Assembly: GCA_964610645.1 (NCBI GenBank)
Contig: CAZSZE010000015.1
Location: forward strand, 707-64,706
DNA: 64,000 nucleotides
DNA from: an uncultured Enterobacterales bacterium
GTDB lineage: Bacteria; Myxococcota_A; UBA796; CAJQPC01
Reading direction: 5' to 3'
Both the position numbers and the translations under genes were made by a program. Positions 16,751 through 26,561 of this stretch are shown piece after piece (position 1 is the first letter of the stretch; each line of letters opens with the position of its first letter). The notes below the pieces were generated by a model. That model was not told the origin of the DNA. It searched no databases and saw nothing but the letters and a program-made list of their open reading frames with translations.

Positions 16751-18640
16751 ATGCCGGAGAACCTGCGAGATGTACTGGGCACCCGCGTGGTGGTGCTCGA
16801 CGGCGCCATCGGCACGGAGATCTACAGCCGGGGGGTGTTCATCAACCGGAGTTATGACGAGCTCAACCTCACAGACCCGGACCTGGTCCAGGCCGTGCAT
16901 GCCGACTACGTCGCGGCGGGCGCAGAGATTCTCACGACCAACACCTTTGGGTCCAACCGGATTCGACTGACAGCATTCGGATTGGAGGACAAGGCAAGGG
17001 AAATGACAGCTGCCGGAGTTCGCCTCGCGCGGCGCGCAGCAAGGGATCAGATATGGGTGGGCGGTTCCATCGGGCCCACCGGCGCCAGGCTGGCCCCCCT
17101 GGGCCAGCTCTCCCCGGGCCAGGCGTTCAGCGCCTTCAAAGAGCAGGCCGAAGTCCTCGCTGAAGAAGGCGTAGACCTGTTTATCCTGGAGACCTTCACC
17201 AACCTGCCGGAACTCTGGCAGGCCTTTCGAGCCACTCGCCGGGTGAGCCCGGACACCCCTATTTTGGCCTGCCTCTCCTTTCAATACGACCTGGAAGGCG
17301 CCCGCCTGCAAGGTCCGGATCCCGTGGAAGCAGCCCGCACCATCGCCGGCTGGGGCGCAGATGCCGTGGGCGTGAACTGCAGCAATGGACCCAAGGTGGC
17401 CCTGGATGTGCTCGAGGCGATGGCAGCCGTCACGGACCTCCCCCTGGCCGCCCAGCCCAACGCCGGACTCCCCCAGGAAGTGGACGGCCGCACCCTGTAT
17501 ATGGCGGGCCCCGAGTACATGGCCGAATATGCCCGCCGCTTTGTGCAGAAGGGCGCCACCCTGGTGGGGGGGTGCTGCGGAACGTCGCCAGCCACCATCC
17601 GGGAGATCCGCTCGTTTGTGCGCTCGGTCTCTCCTGTGGCGCGGGGGGAGCCGGTCACTGCCAAGGAGCCAACAACCACCGAGAAGGCCCTTGCTCCCGT
17701 CCCAGCACCAGAGCGCAGCGCCTTTGCCAAGAAGCTTCTTTCTGGGAAGTTCTGCGTGTCCGTGGAGCTGGATCCACCCCGGGGCCTGGACCCGGAGCGT
17801 TCCCTCAAGGGCGCCACCTACCTCAAGGAGCAGGGAATCGACGTCATCAACATCGCCGACGGTCCCCGGGCCATCGCGCGCATGGGACCTGCTGCCCTGG
17901 CCCAGCTGGCAATGGCCCGGTGCGAAATGGAGTCGGTGATCCACTTTTGCTGCCGGGATCGAAACCTCCTCGGTATGCAGATGGATCTCCTCGGGGCCCA
18001 TGCCCTGGGACACCACAACATTCTGGCGGTCACGGGGGATCCCCCCAAGATGGGCACCTACCCCAACGTCACTGCCGTCTTTGACATCGATGCCATCGGC
18101 CTGCTCACATTCATCCAGATGCTGAACCGGGGTCTCGATTTCTCCGGCAACCCCCTGGAGGGTCAGACCTCGTTTTTCGTGGGGGCAGGCTGCAACCCGG
18201 GCCACGTGGACCTGGACTACGAGGTGGATCGCTTCCACCGAAAGGTGGCAGCGGGCGCCGAGTTCTTCTTTTCCCAGCCGGTCTACGACCCGGAGCTGCT
18301 GCTGGGCTTCCTGGATCGGACCCAAGACGCACCCGAGGTCCCCTTTCTCGTGGGAATCCTTCCCCTGGCGAGCCACAAGAACGCGGAGTTCCTCCACAAC
18401 GAGGTGCCTGGAATGCAGGTCCCCCAAGCCGTGCGCGATCGCATGGCCGAGGCGGGCAGCCGGGAGGATCAACGGGAAGTCGGCATCACGGTCGCCCGGG
18501 AGTGCCTTGCCGAGGCCGCCGCCCATCCGCGGGTCAGCGGCACCTACATCTACCCGCCCTTTGGGAGCTACAAGGCAGTGGCTCGAATCCTCTCGGTGCT
18601 GGAGGAGTTCGCCCACCTGCAAGAGGCCGATGGCGCCTGA
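16751..18640 (+). CDS. bifunctional homocysteine S-methyltransferase / 5,10-methylenetetrahydrofolate reductase (YitJ-type fusion)
   Basis: N-terminal half: VVVLDGAIGTEI, VGVNCSNGP, LVGGCCGTSPATI (Zn-binding Cys). C-terminal half: NILAVTGDPPKMG and AGAEFFFSQPVYD are MTHFR motifs. Start ATG 16751; the ORF-track extension was rejected. Confidence 0.88.
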   Translation: MPENLRDVLGTRVVVLDGAIGTEIYSRGVFINRSYDELNLTDPDLVQAVHADYVAAGAEILTTNTFGSNRIRLTAFGLEDKAREMTAAGVRLARRAARDQIWVGGSIGPTGARLAPLGQLSPGQAFSAFKEQAEVLAEEGVDLFILETFTNLPELWQAFRATRRVSPDTPILACLSFQYDLEGARLQGPDPVEAARTIAGWGADAVGVNCSNGPKVALDVLEAMAAVTDLPLAAQPNAGLPQEVDGRTLYMAGPEYMAEYARRFVQKGATLVGGCCGTSPATIREIRSFVRSVSPVARGEPVTAKEPTTTEKALAPVPAPERSAFAKKLLSGKFCVSVELDPPRGLDPERSLKGATYLKEQGIDVINIADGPRAIARMGPAALAQLAMARCEMESVIHFCCRDRNLLGMQMDLLGAHALGHHNILAVTGDPPKMGTYPNVTAVFDIDAIGLLTFIQMLNRGLDFSGNPLEGQTSFFVGAGCNPGHVDLDYEVDRFHRKVAAGAEFFFSQPVYDPELLLGFLDRTQDAPEVPFLVGILPLASHKNAEFLHNEVPGMQVPQAVRDRMAEAGSREDQREVGITVARECLAEAAAHPRVSGTYIYPPFGSYKAVARILSVLEEFAHLQEADGA

Positions 18641-19103
18641 TTCCGGGCCAACCCGGCGGGATGTGCTCCGCCTGGGGCTATTTACGGCCGTCGGCCTGGG
18701 ACTGGTGGGACTGCCCCCGCTTCTCCTCTCTCGGGAAGGAGAAATCCTCGAGGCAGTGCTTGGCCGCCTCTATCCCCCCCTCGCAGGAGAGGACGCCCCC
18801 GACCCATCCCCGGCCGTGAAGGCGACCCTTGCCTACCTTGCAAAGGTGCCTCCGCGACAGATCTGGCAGGTTCGCGGCTTGTTGCGGTTCGTGGAATGGG
18901 ATCCCCTCCTGCGCCATGGTGGCCGGTTCAGCCGCCTGTCCGCAGAGGCCCAGGACACCTGGCTGCACCGCCAGTCCCAATCCTCCCTGGCGCCTAGACG
19001 CCAGGCGTTTGCTGCCCTGAAGATGCTCGGGGCCATGGGCGCCTGGCAGCTGGACCCTCGCTGGCCAGCCATCGGCTATCCGGGTCCCATGGTGGAGCGC
19101 TGA
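18630..19103 (+). CDS. Tat-signal small subunit (gluconate 2-dehydrogenase subunit-3-like)
   Basis: MAPDSGPTRRDVLRLGLFTAVGLGLVG contains the twin-arginine motif. It overlaps the upstream stop by 11 nt and precedes a GMC oxidoreductase, the usual arrangement for this family. Confidence 0.6.
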   Translation: MAPDSGPTRRDVLRLGLFTAVGLGLVGLPPLLLSREGEILEAVLGRLYPPLAGEDAPDPSPAVKATLAYLAKVPPRQIWQVRGLLRFVEWDPLLRHGGRFSRLSAEAQDTWLHRQSQSSLAPRRQAFAALKMLGAMGAWQLDPRWPAIGYPGPMVER

Positions 19104-20617
19104 TGCGGACCCCCGGGTACCACGTGCCTCGGGCCCCCACCCACCTCGCTTGCGACGTGGTGGTGGTGGGGAGCGGTGCTGGCGGTTCCGCGGCGGCTGC
19201 GCAGCTTGCTGCTGCGGGCCTGGATGTCGTTGTCCTGGAAATGGGGGAGCGGTCCCTGCCGTCGGACTTCACCCAGCGAGAAGAGGAGATGATCCCCCGC
19301 TTGTTTCAGGATGCAGGCGCCCGGACCACCACAGACGGCGGAATCACCGTGCTTCAGGGCAAGGGCGTCGGGGGCAGCACCCTGCACAACCTGAACCTGT
19401 GCAAGCGGGTTCCCGACGCGCTCCTGGCCCACTGGGCCGAACGGTCTGGATTGGTGGATCTGCCGGGCCAGATCGCCACCGCCTACGACACCATGGAAGA
19501 GGCCCTGGGAGTTCACCCGGTGCCCGCGGATCAGGTGAACCGGAACAACCAGATCTTCCAGCAGGGCTGTGCTGCCCTTGGCTGGGAGGCAGGCCCCCTT
19601 CAACACAACCGACAGGGTTGCATCGGTTCCGGGTTCTGCGAGCTGGGCTGCGTCTACGACGCCAAGATGAACGCCGCCCGCGTGCTCTTGCCCGCCGCGG
19701 TGGCCAGTGGGGCCAGGGTTCTTTCCCAGGTACGGGTTCGCCGGGTCCTGCACCGCTTTGGACGCGCCACCGGCGTCCAGGGCGTGGGCAAGGAAGGGGT
19801 GCCCGTGCGCGTCGATGCCCAAGCTGTGGTCCTCGCAGCCTCTGCAACCGGTTCTGCCGCCCTTCTTCTTGCTTCTGGCTTGAACGATCGCTTTCGACAG
19901 GTGGGGGCCGGCCTTCACCTGCACCCGGGGGCCAGCGTGGGTGCCTGGTTCGGCCGCCCGGTGCGAGGCTGGGAGGGAATCCCCCAGAGTTGGGAGTGTA
20001 CGGAGTTCCTGGACCCAACGGATTCGGAGAAGAGATGCTGGCTTCTGCCCGTCTTTGGCCACCCGGTGGGGGCAGCCTCCTCTCTTCCGGGATTTGGTGC
20101 CGAACACAACAAGTGGATGTCCCGCTACACCCACATGGCTGCCGCCAGCGCCATGTTGCATGACCACACCTCCGGTCGGGTCCTTGCCACGCGGGAGGGT
20201 GCCCCGCGCATCCGGTACCGCCTGTCCCAGGAGGATGCCCGCCACCTTTCTTGGGGACTTTCCGCAGCAGCAGAAATCCTCCTGGCAGCCGGGGCAAAAG
20301 AAGTGCTGATGCCCCACGACAACGGCCTGGTGGTGACCCGCCCCTCTGAAGCCCGCGCGGCTGCGAACCTGCCCCTTCGCTCCCACGCACCCACTCTGGC
20401 GGCTGTTCACCCCATGGGGGGCTTGTGCATGGGCACCGATCCGCGCCGGTCCGCAACAGATCCCACCGGCCGTCTTCACTGCGCCAAGGGGGTCTGGGTG
20501 GCCGACGGGTCCCTGGTGCCCACCAGCACCGGTGGCCCACCCCAACTCACCCTCTATGCGCTGGGTCACCTGGTGGGCGGCGCCTGCGCCCGGGAATTGG
20601 GCGGGAAACTCGCGTAG
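19103..20617 (+). CDS. GMC-family FAD-dependent oxidoreductase
   Basis: CDVVVVGSGAGGSAAAAQLAAAGLDVVVLEMG is an FAD-binding GxGxxG motif. C-terminal HPMGGLCMG and ADGSLVPTSTGGPPQLT. Its ATG overlaps the upstream TGA by 1 nt. Confidence 0.9.
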   Translation: MRTPGYHVPRAPTHLACDVVVVGSGAGGSAAAAQLAAAGLDVVVLEMGERSLPSDFTQREEEMIPRLFQDAGARTTTDGGITVLQGKGVGGSTLHNLNLCKRVPDALLAHWAERSGLVDLPGQIATAYDTMEEALGVHPVPADQVNRNNQIFQQGCAALGWEAGPLQHNRQGCIGSGFCELGCVYDAKMNAARVLLPAAVASGARVLSQVRVRRVLHRFGRATGVQGVGKEGVPVRVDAQAVVLAASATGSAALLLASGLNDRFRQVGAGLHLHPGASVGAWFGRPVRGWEGIPQSWECTEFLDPTDSEKRCWLLPVFGHPVGAASSLPGFGAEHNKWMSRYTHMAAASAMLHDHTSGRVLATREGAPRIRYRLSQEDARHLSWGLSAAAEILLAAGAKEVLMPHDNGLVVTRPSEARAAANLPLRSHAPTLAAVHPMGGLCMGTDPRRSATDPTGRLHCAKGVWVADGSLVPTSTGGPPQLTLYALGHLVGGACARELGGKLA

Positions 20618-20626
20618 AATCCTCCG

Positions 20627-23600
20627 GTGCACAAGCGCCATCCCGAGTTGGAACAAGGCACCCGCATTGGGTCCATCGAGATCATCGAGTGCCTGGGCAA
20701 AGGGGCCAGCGCCCACGTGTACCGGGTGGCCACCTCCGACGGAGACGAGGTGGCCCTCAAGATCCGCAGCCGGGAGGGGGGCGAGCTGGACCCCCGCTTT
20801 CTTCGGGAATTCGAGTCCCTCCGGCGCCTGCGATTTCCCGGTGTGGTGCAGGTGTACGAGGCGGGCCAGGACGAGAACTGGCAGTGGTTCACCATGGAGG
20901 TGGTGGATGGGGTGCCGATTCGGCAGTGGATTGAGGATGCAGAATCCGTGCAGGAGCGCGTAAAGCGAGCCTGCAAGGTCGGAGCGGACCTCTTCCGCTC
21001 CCTCTCTCGCATCCACGCCGCCGGACTGGTGCACCGGGACATCAAGCCCTCCAACATCCTGGTGAAGGAGAATGGCGCGGTGCGGGTCCTGGACTTCGGC
21101 GTGGTGGGCTGGTGGTCCGTGGGCATCCACCTGACCAGCACGGGGGCTGCTGTCGGCACCCTGCCCTTCATGGCCCCGGAACAGATGGCGGGACATCGCC
21201 CGACCCAGGCGGTGGATGTCTTTGCAGCCGCCCTCTGCTTGTACGAAGGCGTCGTGGGAAAGCGCGCACGCCCCCCCACACCCCGGGGCTGGGTGTCCCG
21301 CCAGATGCTCCAGCGATTGACTCCCCTGGCGGTGAAGGATGCAGAGATTCCCCGAGACTTCTCAGGCCTCGTGGACCGTTGCCTCGTGCATACACCTGAG
21401 CGACGCCCCACCGCCTTGGAGACCGCCACTGCCCTTGCTGCCATTGGCAAGCGCTCGTCGCCGCATCCCTGGCCCGAGCCCACTGCCTTTGTCGCCCGGG
21501 ACGCCGAACTGAACACCCTGCGGCGCACCACCAAGGGCGACGGTCCACGCATGGTGATTCTCTCCGGACCCGCCGGAAGCGGCCGGCGGCGGCTGTTGGA
21601 ACAGTTGGCCCGGTACACGCTCCTGGAAGGGCAATACCTGGTGCGCGGTATCTGCCGACAGGACTCCCTGGGCGGCGCCATCGGACAGATCCTCGAGCGG
21701 ATCTGGCAGGTCTTCCCTGCCCGTGAGTGGCAGGTGCCCCTGCAAGAGGATGACGCCCAGACCCTCCTGGCCATGTGGCCCTGGCTTCCCCTCCAATCTG
21801 CTTCCGGCCAACGCCAGGGCGCAGAAGTGACCCGAGAGGCCGTGATTCAGGCGACTGTCCGTGTGCTCGGCCAGGCCTCCCAGGAGGAACGCCTGGTGAT
21901 CTGTGTCGAGGAGTTGGAGGACGTGGACAGCCTCTCCGCCCGGGTGCTGCGGCGCCTTGCGGCCTCGGAAAACCCGGAACTGACCTTGGTCTGCGTGTTG
22001 GATCCTCGCTGGGCATCCGACAGATCGGAGGACCTGAAGGACTCGTTGTTGGAATCCAACCATGCCCTGGAAATCACCTTGGACCCCCTTTCTCCCGAGG
22101 ATGCCACCCAGATCGCTCGCGACCTGGCACCGGAGGCAGACCTGCAGGTAGACACGGCTTGCACGCCCCTGGAAGCCGTGGAGCAAGGGTTGAAGGCACT
22201 GGCAGGACTCCGACACGAGAGGTTCCCCTCGATCGATGGGAACGCCGCCCTCCTTGCCTGCACCCAGGAGGCCCTGCCCGGGGCGGTCCTGGATGCTGTG
22301 GTCGCGCCGGAAAAGGACCTGGTGATGGAAGGCCTGGTGAACCGGGGCAGCGACGGGCTGTACCGAATGCCAGGGCGGGTCCTGCGGCAGATGGCCGAGG
22401 CACGACTTGAAGACCGCGCAGATGCCCACGAGCGCTGGGCAGCAGCCTGGGAGCACTGGTCCCAGGGAGGGGCGCGTCGCTGGGTGGGTGTCGCCGAGCA
22501 CCGGGTTCGCGCTGATCGAACCAGCATGGCTTCCTGGGAGGCAGCCGTCCGGGCCTCCCTGGCCCTGGAATCCCAGAGCCAGTTTGAAGATGCCCGCCGC
22601 TGGCTCATGCTCCTGGACACCATGCCCAAGGACAAGACCTCGTCGGCGTACCTGCAGCTGCGATTCTCCCTGAGCTGGTGCCAGACCCGAATCGCCCTGG
22701 CCTGTGACACTGAGCGGATTAGGCGAGACCTCTTCCAGCAAGCGGCCCAACGGGCCCTGACACAGGCGGATCGCGCCGAAGCAACCCGCCTCCAGGTACA
22801 GCTCCTGCGGCGGGAGGGCAAACTGCGAGAAAGCGTGGTCAAGGCCTTGCGTCCCGCGGGCCTGATTCGGGCCGAGCAGCCCCTCGTGGCTGCCCGCCTG
22901 TTGCTGGATTCCGTCCAGTCACGTCTCCAACTGGACCAGCCCTCCGATGGCCTGGCCTCCTGCGCACAGGTGGCAGACATTCTTGCGGAGCACCCGGAGG
23001 CCTCCCTGGAAGTGGAGTTGGAGTTGGCCCAGGCCGAGTGTCTCCTGCAGCAAGAGGACTTTCTGGAAGCCAGCCGGACCAGCGAGCGCATGGCCACCAA
23101 GGCCAGCTACCGCGAGCTGGAGATACACCGTGCATCGGGCCACCTGGTCCGCGCGGAGTGCCACTTGCGCCTGGGAAACCGGTCCAGGGCTGAGGAGCTG
23201 ACCCGCAAGGCCCATCGGCTGGTGCAACTTCATGGGCACCGGATGCGAGAGGTGCAAGCCTTGCTTCTCCAGGGAGAGCTGGCGCTTGGGCGTGGCGAGT
23301 TGGGGGCAGCGCGGCTGAACACCGGAGAGGCAGCCTCCATGGCAAAGAAGCTGGCCTTGGTTCAGCAACAGCGCCGGGCGCTGGATCTTCTGCGCATCGC
23401 CCTGGCACGAAATGGAGCCTGGACAGAATCTGAGGTGGTCGCCTCGCAACGAGCCGCATTGGGAGGGTCAAACCCCTCCTCCACCTGGAGCGACGTGGCA
23501 TTTTGGAGACTACGACGGCGCCCGGAGAGGGCCCAGGCCGCCGCATCGAAGGGGCCCTTGTCCGGGTGGTACGGGGCGCTGACCCGCCTCGAGTTGGCCA

Positions 23601-23965
23601 GGGCCTGGATGGCAGCCGGAGAGCCCGCTGCAGCCTCGGGCGCGTTGTCCGCTGGGGAAAAGCTGCTGAAAGGCAAGGGGTTTCAGGAATTGGAGCTTCT
23701 TGCTCGGCTTGTCCAGGGGGTCCTGGACCCCAAGGAAGACGATTCATGGGCCTTGTTGGTAGACGAGTGCCGCCAGTCTCGTTGGTTGGAGTTGTTCATG
23801 GGGTACGGGGAATTCGACGCCCGCCGGGCTCTGGCCCTGCGCCAGCTCACCCACGCCCGCCATTGCATTGAGGCCCTGAAGATCCGGGCGGAGGAACTGG
23901 GCGATGTGGACTACACCCAGACGGCAAACGAGCTGAAGATCGAGATGAATCAAGCCACCAGGTAA
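20627..23965 (+). CDS. large STAND-type Ser/Thr protein kinase (kinase + P-loop NTPase + helical/TPR-like repeats)
   Basis: Kinase motifs GKGASAHVYRV, HRDIKPSNILV, DFGVVG and GTLPFMAPEQ, then Walker A-like ILSGPAGSGRRRLLEQL, then about 700 aa of Leu/Ala-rich helical repeats. Confidence 0.88.
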   Translation: MHKRHPELEQGTRIGSIEIIECLGKGASAHVYRVATSDGDEVALKIRSREGGELDPRFLREFESLRRLRFPGVVQVYEAGQDENWQWFTMEVVDGVPIRQWIEDAESVQERVKRACKVGADLFRSLSRIHAAGLVHRDIKPSNILVKENGAVRVLDFGVVGWWSVGIHLTSTGAAVGTLPFMAPEQMAGHRPTQAVDVFAAALCLYEGVVGKRARPPTPRGWVSRQMLQRLTPLAVKDAEIPRDFSGLVDRCLVHTPERRPTALETATALAAIGKRSSPHPWPEPTAFVARDAELNTLRRTTKGDGPRMVILSGPAGSGRRRLLEQLARYTLLEGQYLVRGICRQDSLGGAIGQILERIWQVFPAREWQVPLQEDDAQTLLAMWPWLPLQSASGQRQGAEVTREAVIQATVRVLGQASQEERLVICVEELEDVDSLSARVLRRLAASENPELTLVCVLDPRWASDRSEDLKDSLLESNHALEITLDPLSPEDATQIARDLAPEADLQVDTACTPLEAVEQGLKALAGLRHERFPSIDGNAALLACTQEALPGAVLDAVVAPEKDLVMEGLVNRGSDGLYRMPGRVLRQMAEARLEDRADAHERWAAAWEHWSQGGARRWVGVAEHRVRADRTSMASWEAAVRASLALESQSQFEDARRWLMLLDTMPKDKTSSAYLQLRFSLSWCQTRIALACDTERIRRDLFQQAAQRALTQADRAEATRLQVQLLRREGKLRESVVKALRPAGLIRAEQPLVAARLLLDSVQSRLQLDQPSDGLASCAQVADILAEHPEASLEVELELAQAECLLQQEDFLEASRTSERMATKASYRELEIHRASGHLVRAECHLRLGNRSRAEELTRKAHRLVQLHGHRMREVQALLLQGELALGRGELGAARLNTGEAASMAKKLALVQQQRRALDLLRIALARNGAWTESEVVASQRAALGGSNPSSTWSDVAFWRLRRRPERAQAAASKGPLSGWYGALTRLELARAWMAAGEPAAASGALSAGEKLLKGKGFQELELLARLVQGVLDPKEDDSWALLVDECRQSRWLELFMGYGEFDARRALALRQLTHARHCIEALKIRAEELGDVDYTQTANELKIEMNQATR

Positions 23966-24576
23966 TTCTGCGCAGCAGGGATTGAGACCAGTCGGTCCTC
24001 CTGGGCGATCCACCCGGTGAGGTGGCCCCCGTAAACACAGCCCGTGTCCAGGCCCACCGCCACCGGGTGGCCGTTTACCTCTCGTCGCACGAGGCCGCGC
24101 CGGGCATCGTGTCCGAACACCACCGTCTTTGGGCCTTGCCAACCTGCGTCATACCAAAAGGGGTTGTGGGCATTGGAATCGTCCGGCCATTGCCGCACGG
24201 TGAGTGCCACTTCCCGAAAGGTGCCTGGGACTCCCGCAGTGGGATGAAGGCCTGCATGGACCACGATGCGGCGGGGGCTCTCCAGGAACAAGGGCAGCGC
24301 CTGGAGCCAACTCCGCACCTCGGGGGCTTCTGCTCTCATTTGTTCGAGCGCAGGAGAAAGCAGGCCGTCGTCCCAGCGCTTCAAGAGGTGATCGTCGTGG
24401 TTTCCGAGTACCGAACGCGCGTTCCATTCCCGAAGCAGCTCCCAGGTCCCCAGGGGGTCCGGGCCCTTGGAGAAGAGGTCTCCCACCAGGATCACTTCCG
24501 TCGGCACAACTGCCTGGAGCAGCCTCTTGAGTTCCGCGGCACATCCATGCACATCGCCCACAATGAGCGTGCTCAC
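23950..24576 (-). CDS. metallophosphoesterase (PPP-family, ApaH/PrpE-like phosphatase)
   Basis: LIVGDVHGCAAEL, VGDLFSKGPD and LGNHDDHLL are PPP motifs GDxHG, GDxxDRG-like and GNH[DE]. The GTG start overlaps the upstream stop (GTGA). Confidence 0.85.
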   Translation of the reverse strand: MSTLIVGDVHGCAAELKRLLQAVVPTEVILVGDLFSKGPDPLGTWELLREWNARSVLGNHDDHLLKRWDDGLLSPALEQMRAEAPEVRSWLQALPLFLESPRRIVVHAGLHPTAGVPGTFREVALTVRQWPDDSNAHNPFWYDAGWQGPKTVVFGHDARRGLVRREVNGHPVAVGLDTGCVYGGHLTGWIAQEDRLVSIPAAQNYLVA

Positions 24577-25088
24577 GGCTTGTCCTCGGGTGCCATGGAC
24601 AGGCCATCGTCGTGCTCCCCGCCCCGCTGGTGGGCCCCGTCCTCCCGCCGGGGTCCAATCCAGATCACCCCCTCCACCTCCTTCACGGGCCAGGAGGAGA
24701 CACCTCGATCCTCCCGGGTCAAGCAGGACCCGTCCCGAAGACTGAACCTCCAGCCGTGGTACGGGCAGCGCACCACGCCGTCGGGTTCCAGGGAACCCTC
24801 TCCCAGGGGTCCATCCTCATGGGTACAGGCATCGTCGATGGCAAAGAGCCCACCCTGGACCCGAAAAACAGCCACCCGCTCGTTGTGCACCCGAAAGGTG
24901 CTGCCGCGTCCTTCCCCCAGGCCCTCCACGCGACACACCGCCCGGTACCCCTGGGGGTCTGCCTCGGCGGGGAGTCCCTCCGTGGCCCTTCGGTAGCGAT
25001 CCAGCGCAAGATCCTCGTGCTTTCCGGGCTCCCCCAGCCGATCCGCCAGGGATCTGGCGGTCGACTTCAACCGGTCTCGAATGCCCAT
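24573..25088 (-). CDS. small Rieske [2Fe-2S] domain protein
   Basis: DDACTHEDGPL and RCPYHGWRF give the CxH...CxxH ligands. Start chosen at ATG 25088 (MGIRDRL). Confidence 0.8.
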   Translation of the reverse strand: MGIRDRLKSTARSLADRLGEPGKHEDLALDRYRRATEGLPAEADPQGYRAVCRVEGLGEGRGSTFRVHNERVAVFRVQGGLFAIDDACTHEDGPLGEGSLEPDGVVRCPYHGWRFSLRDGSCLTREDRGVSSWPVKEVEGVIWIGPRREDGAHQRGGEHDDGLSMAPEDKP

Positions 25089-25184
25089 GCCCGCCAGCCT
25101 ACCCCACGCGGCGGACCGCAAGCACATCCAAACGGGTTGCGCGGGGGGCGCGAACCCGTGTACACCTCTTTCCAGGCGGTTTTC

Positions 25185-26561
25185 ATGCAACTCCTCTTTC
25201 TTCTGCCATTTGCGCTGGGCGCCACGGCTCCAGACATGGCCAGTTCCATGGCGGTACCCGGGGCTGACGTGGTTTCTGCCGCCATGACCGGCCAGGCGCA
25301 GGCCTACGATGTGCTGGCCAACTTGGGGATCCTGGCCCCCACCGAGGGACACGACTTCGCCTACCTGTTCACAGGCCAGATCGGAATCCCCCCGGAGATC
25401 GGAACAGACCTGGGGGCCCCAGGCGTGGTCGGGGATCGCACCGGGCTGCAGATGGAGCTGGATGTACCCGCCAACGCCAACTCGTTCACGATTGACTTCT
25501 ACTTCCTGTCGGCCGAGTACCCCGAGTTTGTGGGCACCCAGTACAACGACACCTTCAAGGCCGAGGTGACAGGCACCGCCTGGTCCGGAAATGCCGCCAT
25601 TGACTCAAGCGGAAACCCCATCACCATCAACAGCGCCCTGTTCACGGTCACGGCTCCCCCCGACCTGCAGAACACGGGATTTGACCACACCGGCGGCGGC
25701 ACAGGCTGGCTCACTGCCATCGTGCCCGCGGATCCCCTGGATCTCCTGACCCTGAACCTGCTCATCTACGACATGGCGGATGGCATCTACGACTCCGGCG
25801 TCATGCTGGACAACTTCAACTGGTCCACGGCGGATGTGGACGAGCCGGTCATCCTGGAGGAGGTCGCCCTGGACTTCCTGTCCCCCAAGCGGGGGCCCAT
25901 TGCTGGAGGTGTCCAGACCACGATCATCGGATCCGGATTCATCGATGGCTGCACCGCGTTCTTTGACGGGGTGGAGGCTCCCACGGTGTTTGTGGACTCG
26001 ATCAGTCTCCTGGCAGCCCCCCTGGCCCACGCCAGCGGACTGGTGGATGTGGAGGTGGATTGCTCGGGCTCCCGATCCCGACTCATTGGGGGCTACACCT
26101 ATTTTGATGCTTCTGACCCGGGGTTGGAGCCGACCATCACCTTCCTCTCCCCCTACAACGTGCATGTAGACGGCGGAGAGCAGGTCACGGTGACGGGCAC
26201 CGACTTTGAGGACGGAGCCACCGTGCAGGTCGATGGGGTGGATCACGTGGCTGTGGTGGCGGATGCCTCCTCCCTCACCTTTGAGACCACCCCCCATGAC
26301 GAGGGAATCGCCCAGGTGGTGGTCGTGAATCCAAGCGGCGCCCTGGCAACTCGGGACGGGGGCCTGCAATTCATGGATCCCCCCACGTGGCCTCCTGAGG
26401 ACAGTGCTTCTTCGGACAGTGCAGACACCGGGGACACGGGGGATTCCGGCCTGGTTGGGAGCAAGGACTCCACAAGCATCAACTGTTCCTCCAAGCCGGC
26501 AGCCCCCTCCGCCCTGTGGGCAGGGCTCGCCTTGCTGCTCGGCCTGCGGAGGCGCCGATGA
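25185..26561 (+). CDS. secreted choice-of-anchor-L / IPT-TIG domain protein with a MYXO-CTERM-like sorting tail
   Basis: FTIDFYFLSAEYPEFVGTQYNDTFKAEV is choice-of-anchor-L-like. Two IPT-like repeats (SPKRGPIAGG..., SPYNVHVDGGEQVTVTG). Tail NCSSKPAAPSALWAGLALLLGLRRRR. Confidence 0.8.
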   Translation: MQLLFLLPFALGATAPDMASSMAVPGADVVSAAMTGQAQAYDVLANLGILAPTEGHDFAYLFTGQIGIPPEIGTDLGAPGVVGDRTGLQMELDVPANANSFTIDFYFLSAEYPEFVGTQYNDTFKAEVTGTAWSGNAAIDSSGNPITINSALFTVTAPPDLQNTGFDHTGGGTGWLTAIVPADPLDLLTLNLLIYDMADGIYDSGVMLDNFNWSTADVDEPVILEEVALDFLSPKRGPIAGGVQTTIIGSGFIDGCTAFFDGVEAPTVFVDSISLLAAPLAHASGLVDVEVDCSGSRSRLIGGYTYFDASDPGLEPTITFLSPYNVHVDGGEQVTVTGTDFEDGATVQVDGVDHVAVVADASSLTFETTPHDEGIAQVVVVNPSGALATRDGGLQFMDPPTWPPEDSASSDSADTGDTGDSGLVGSKDSTSINCSSKPAAPSALWAGLALLLGLRRRR

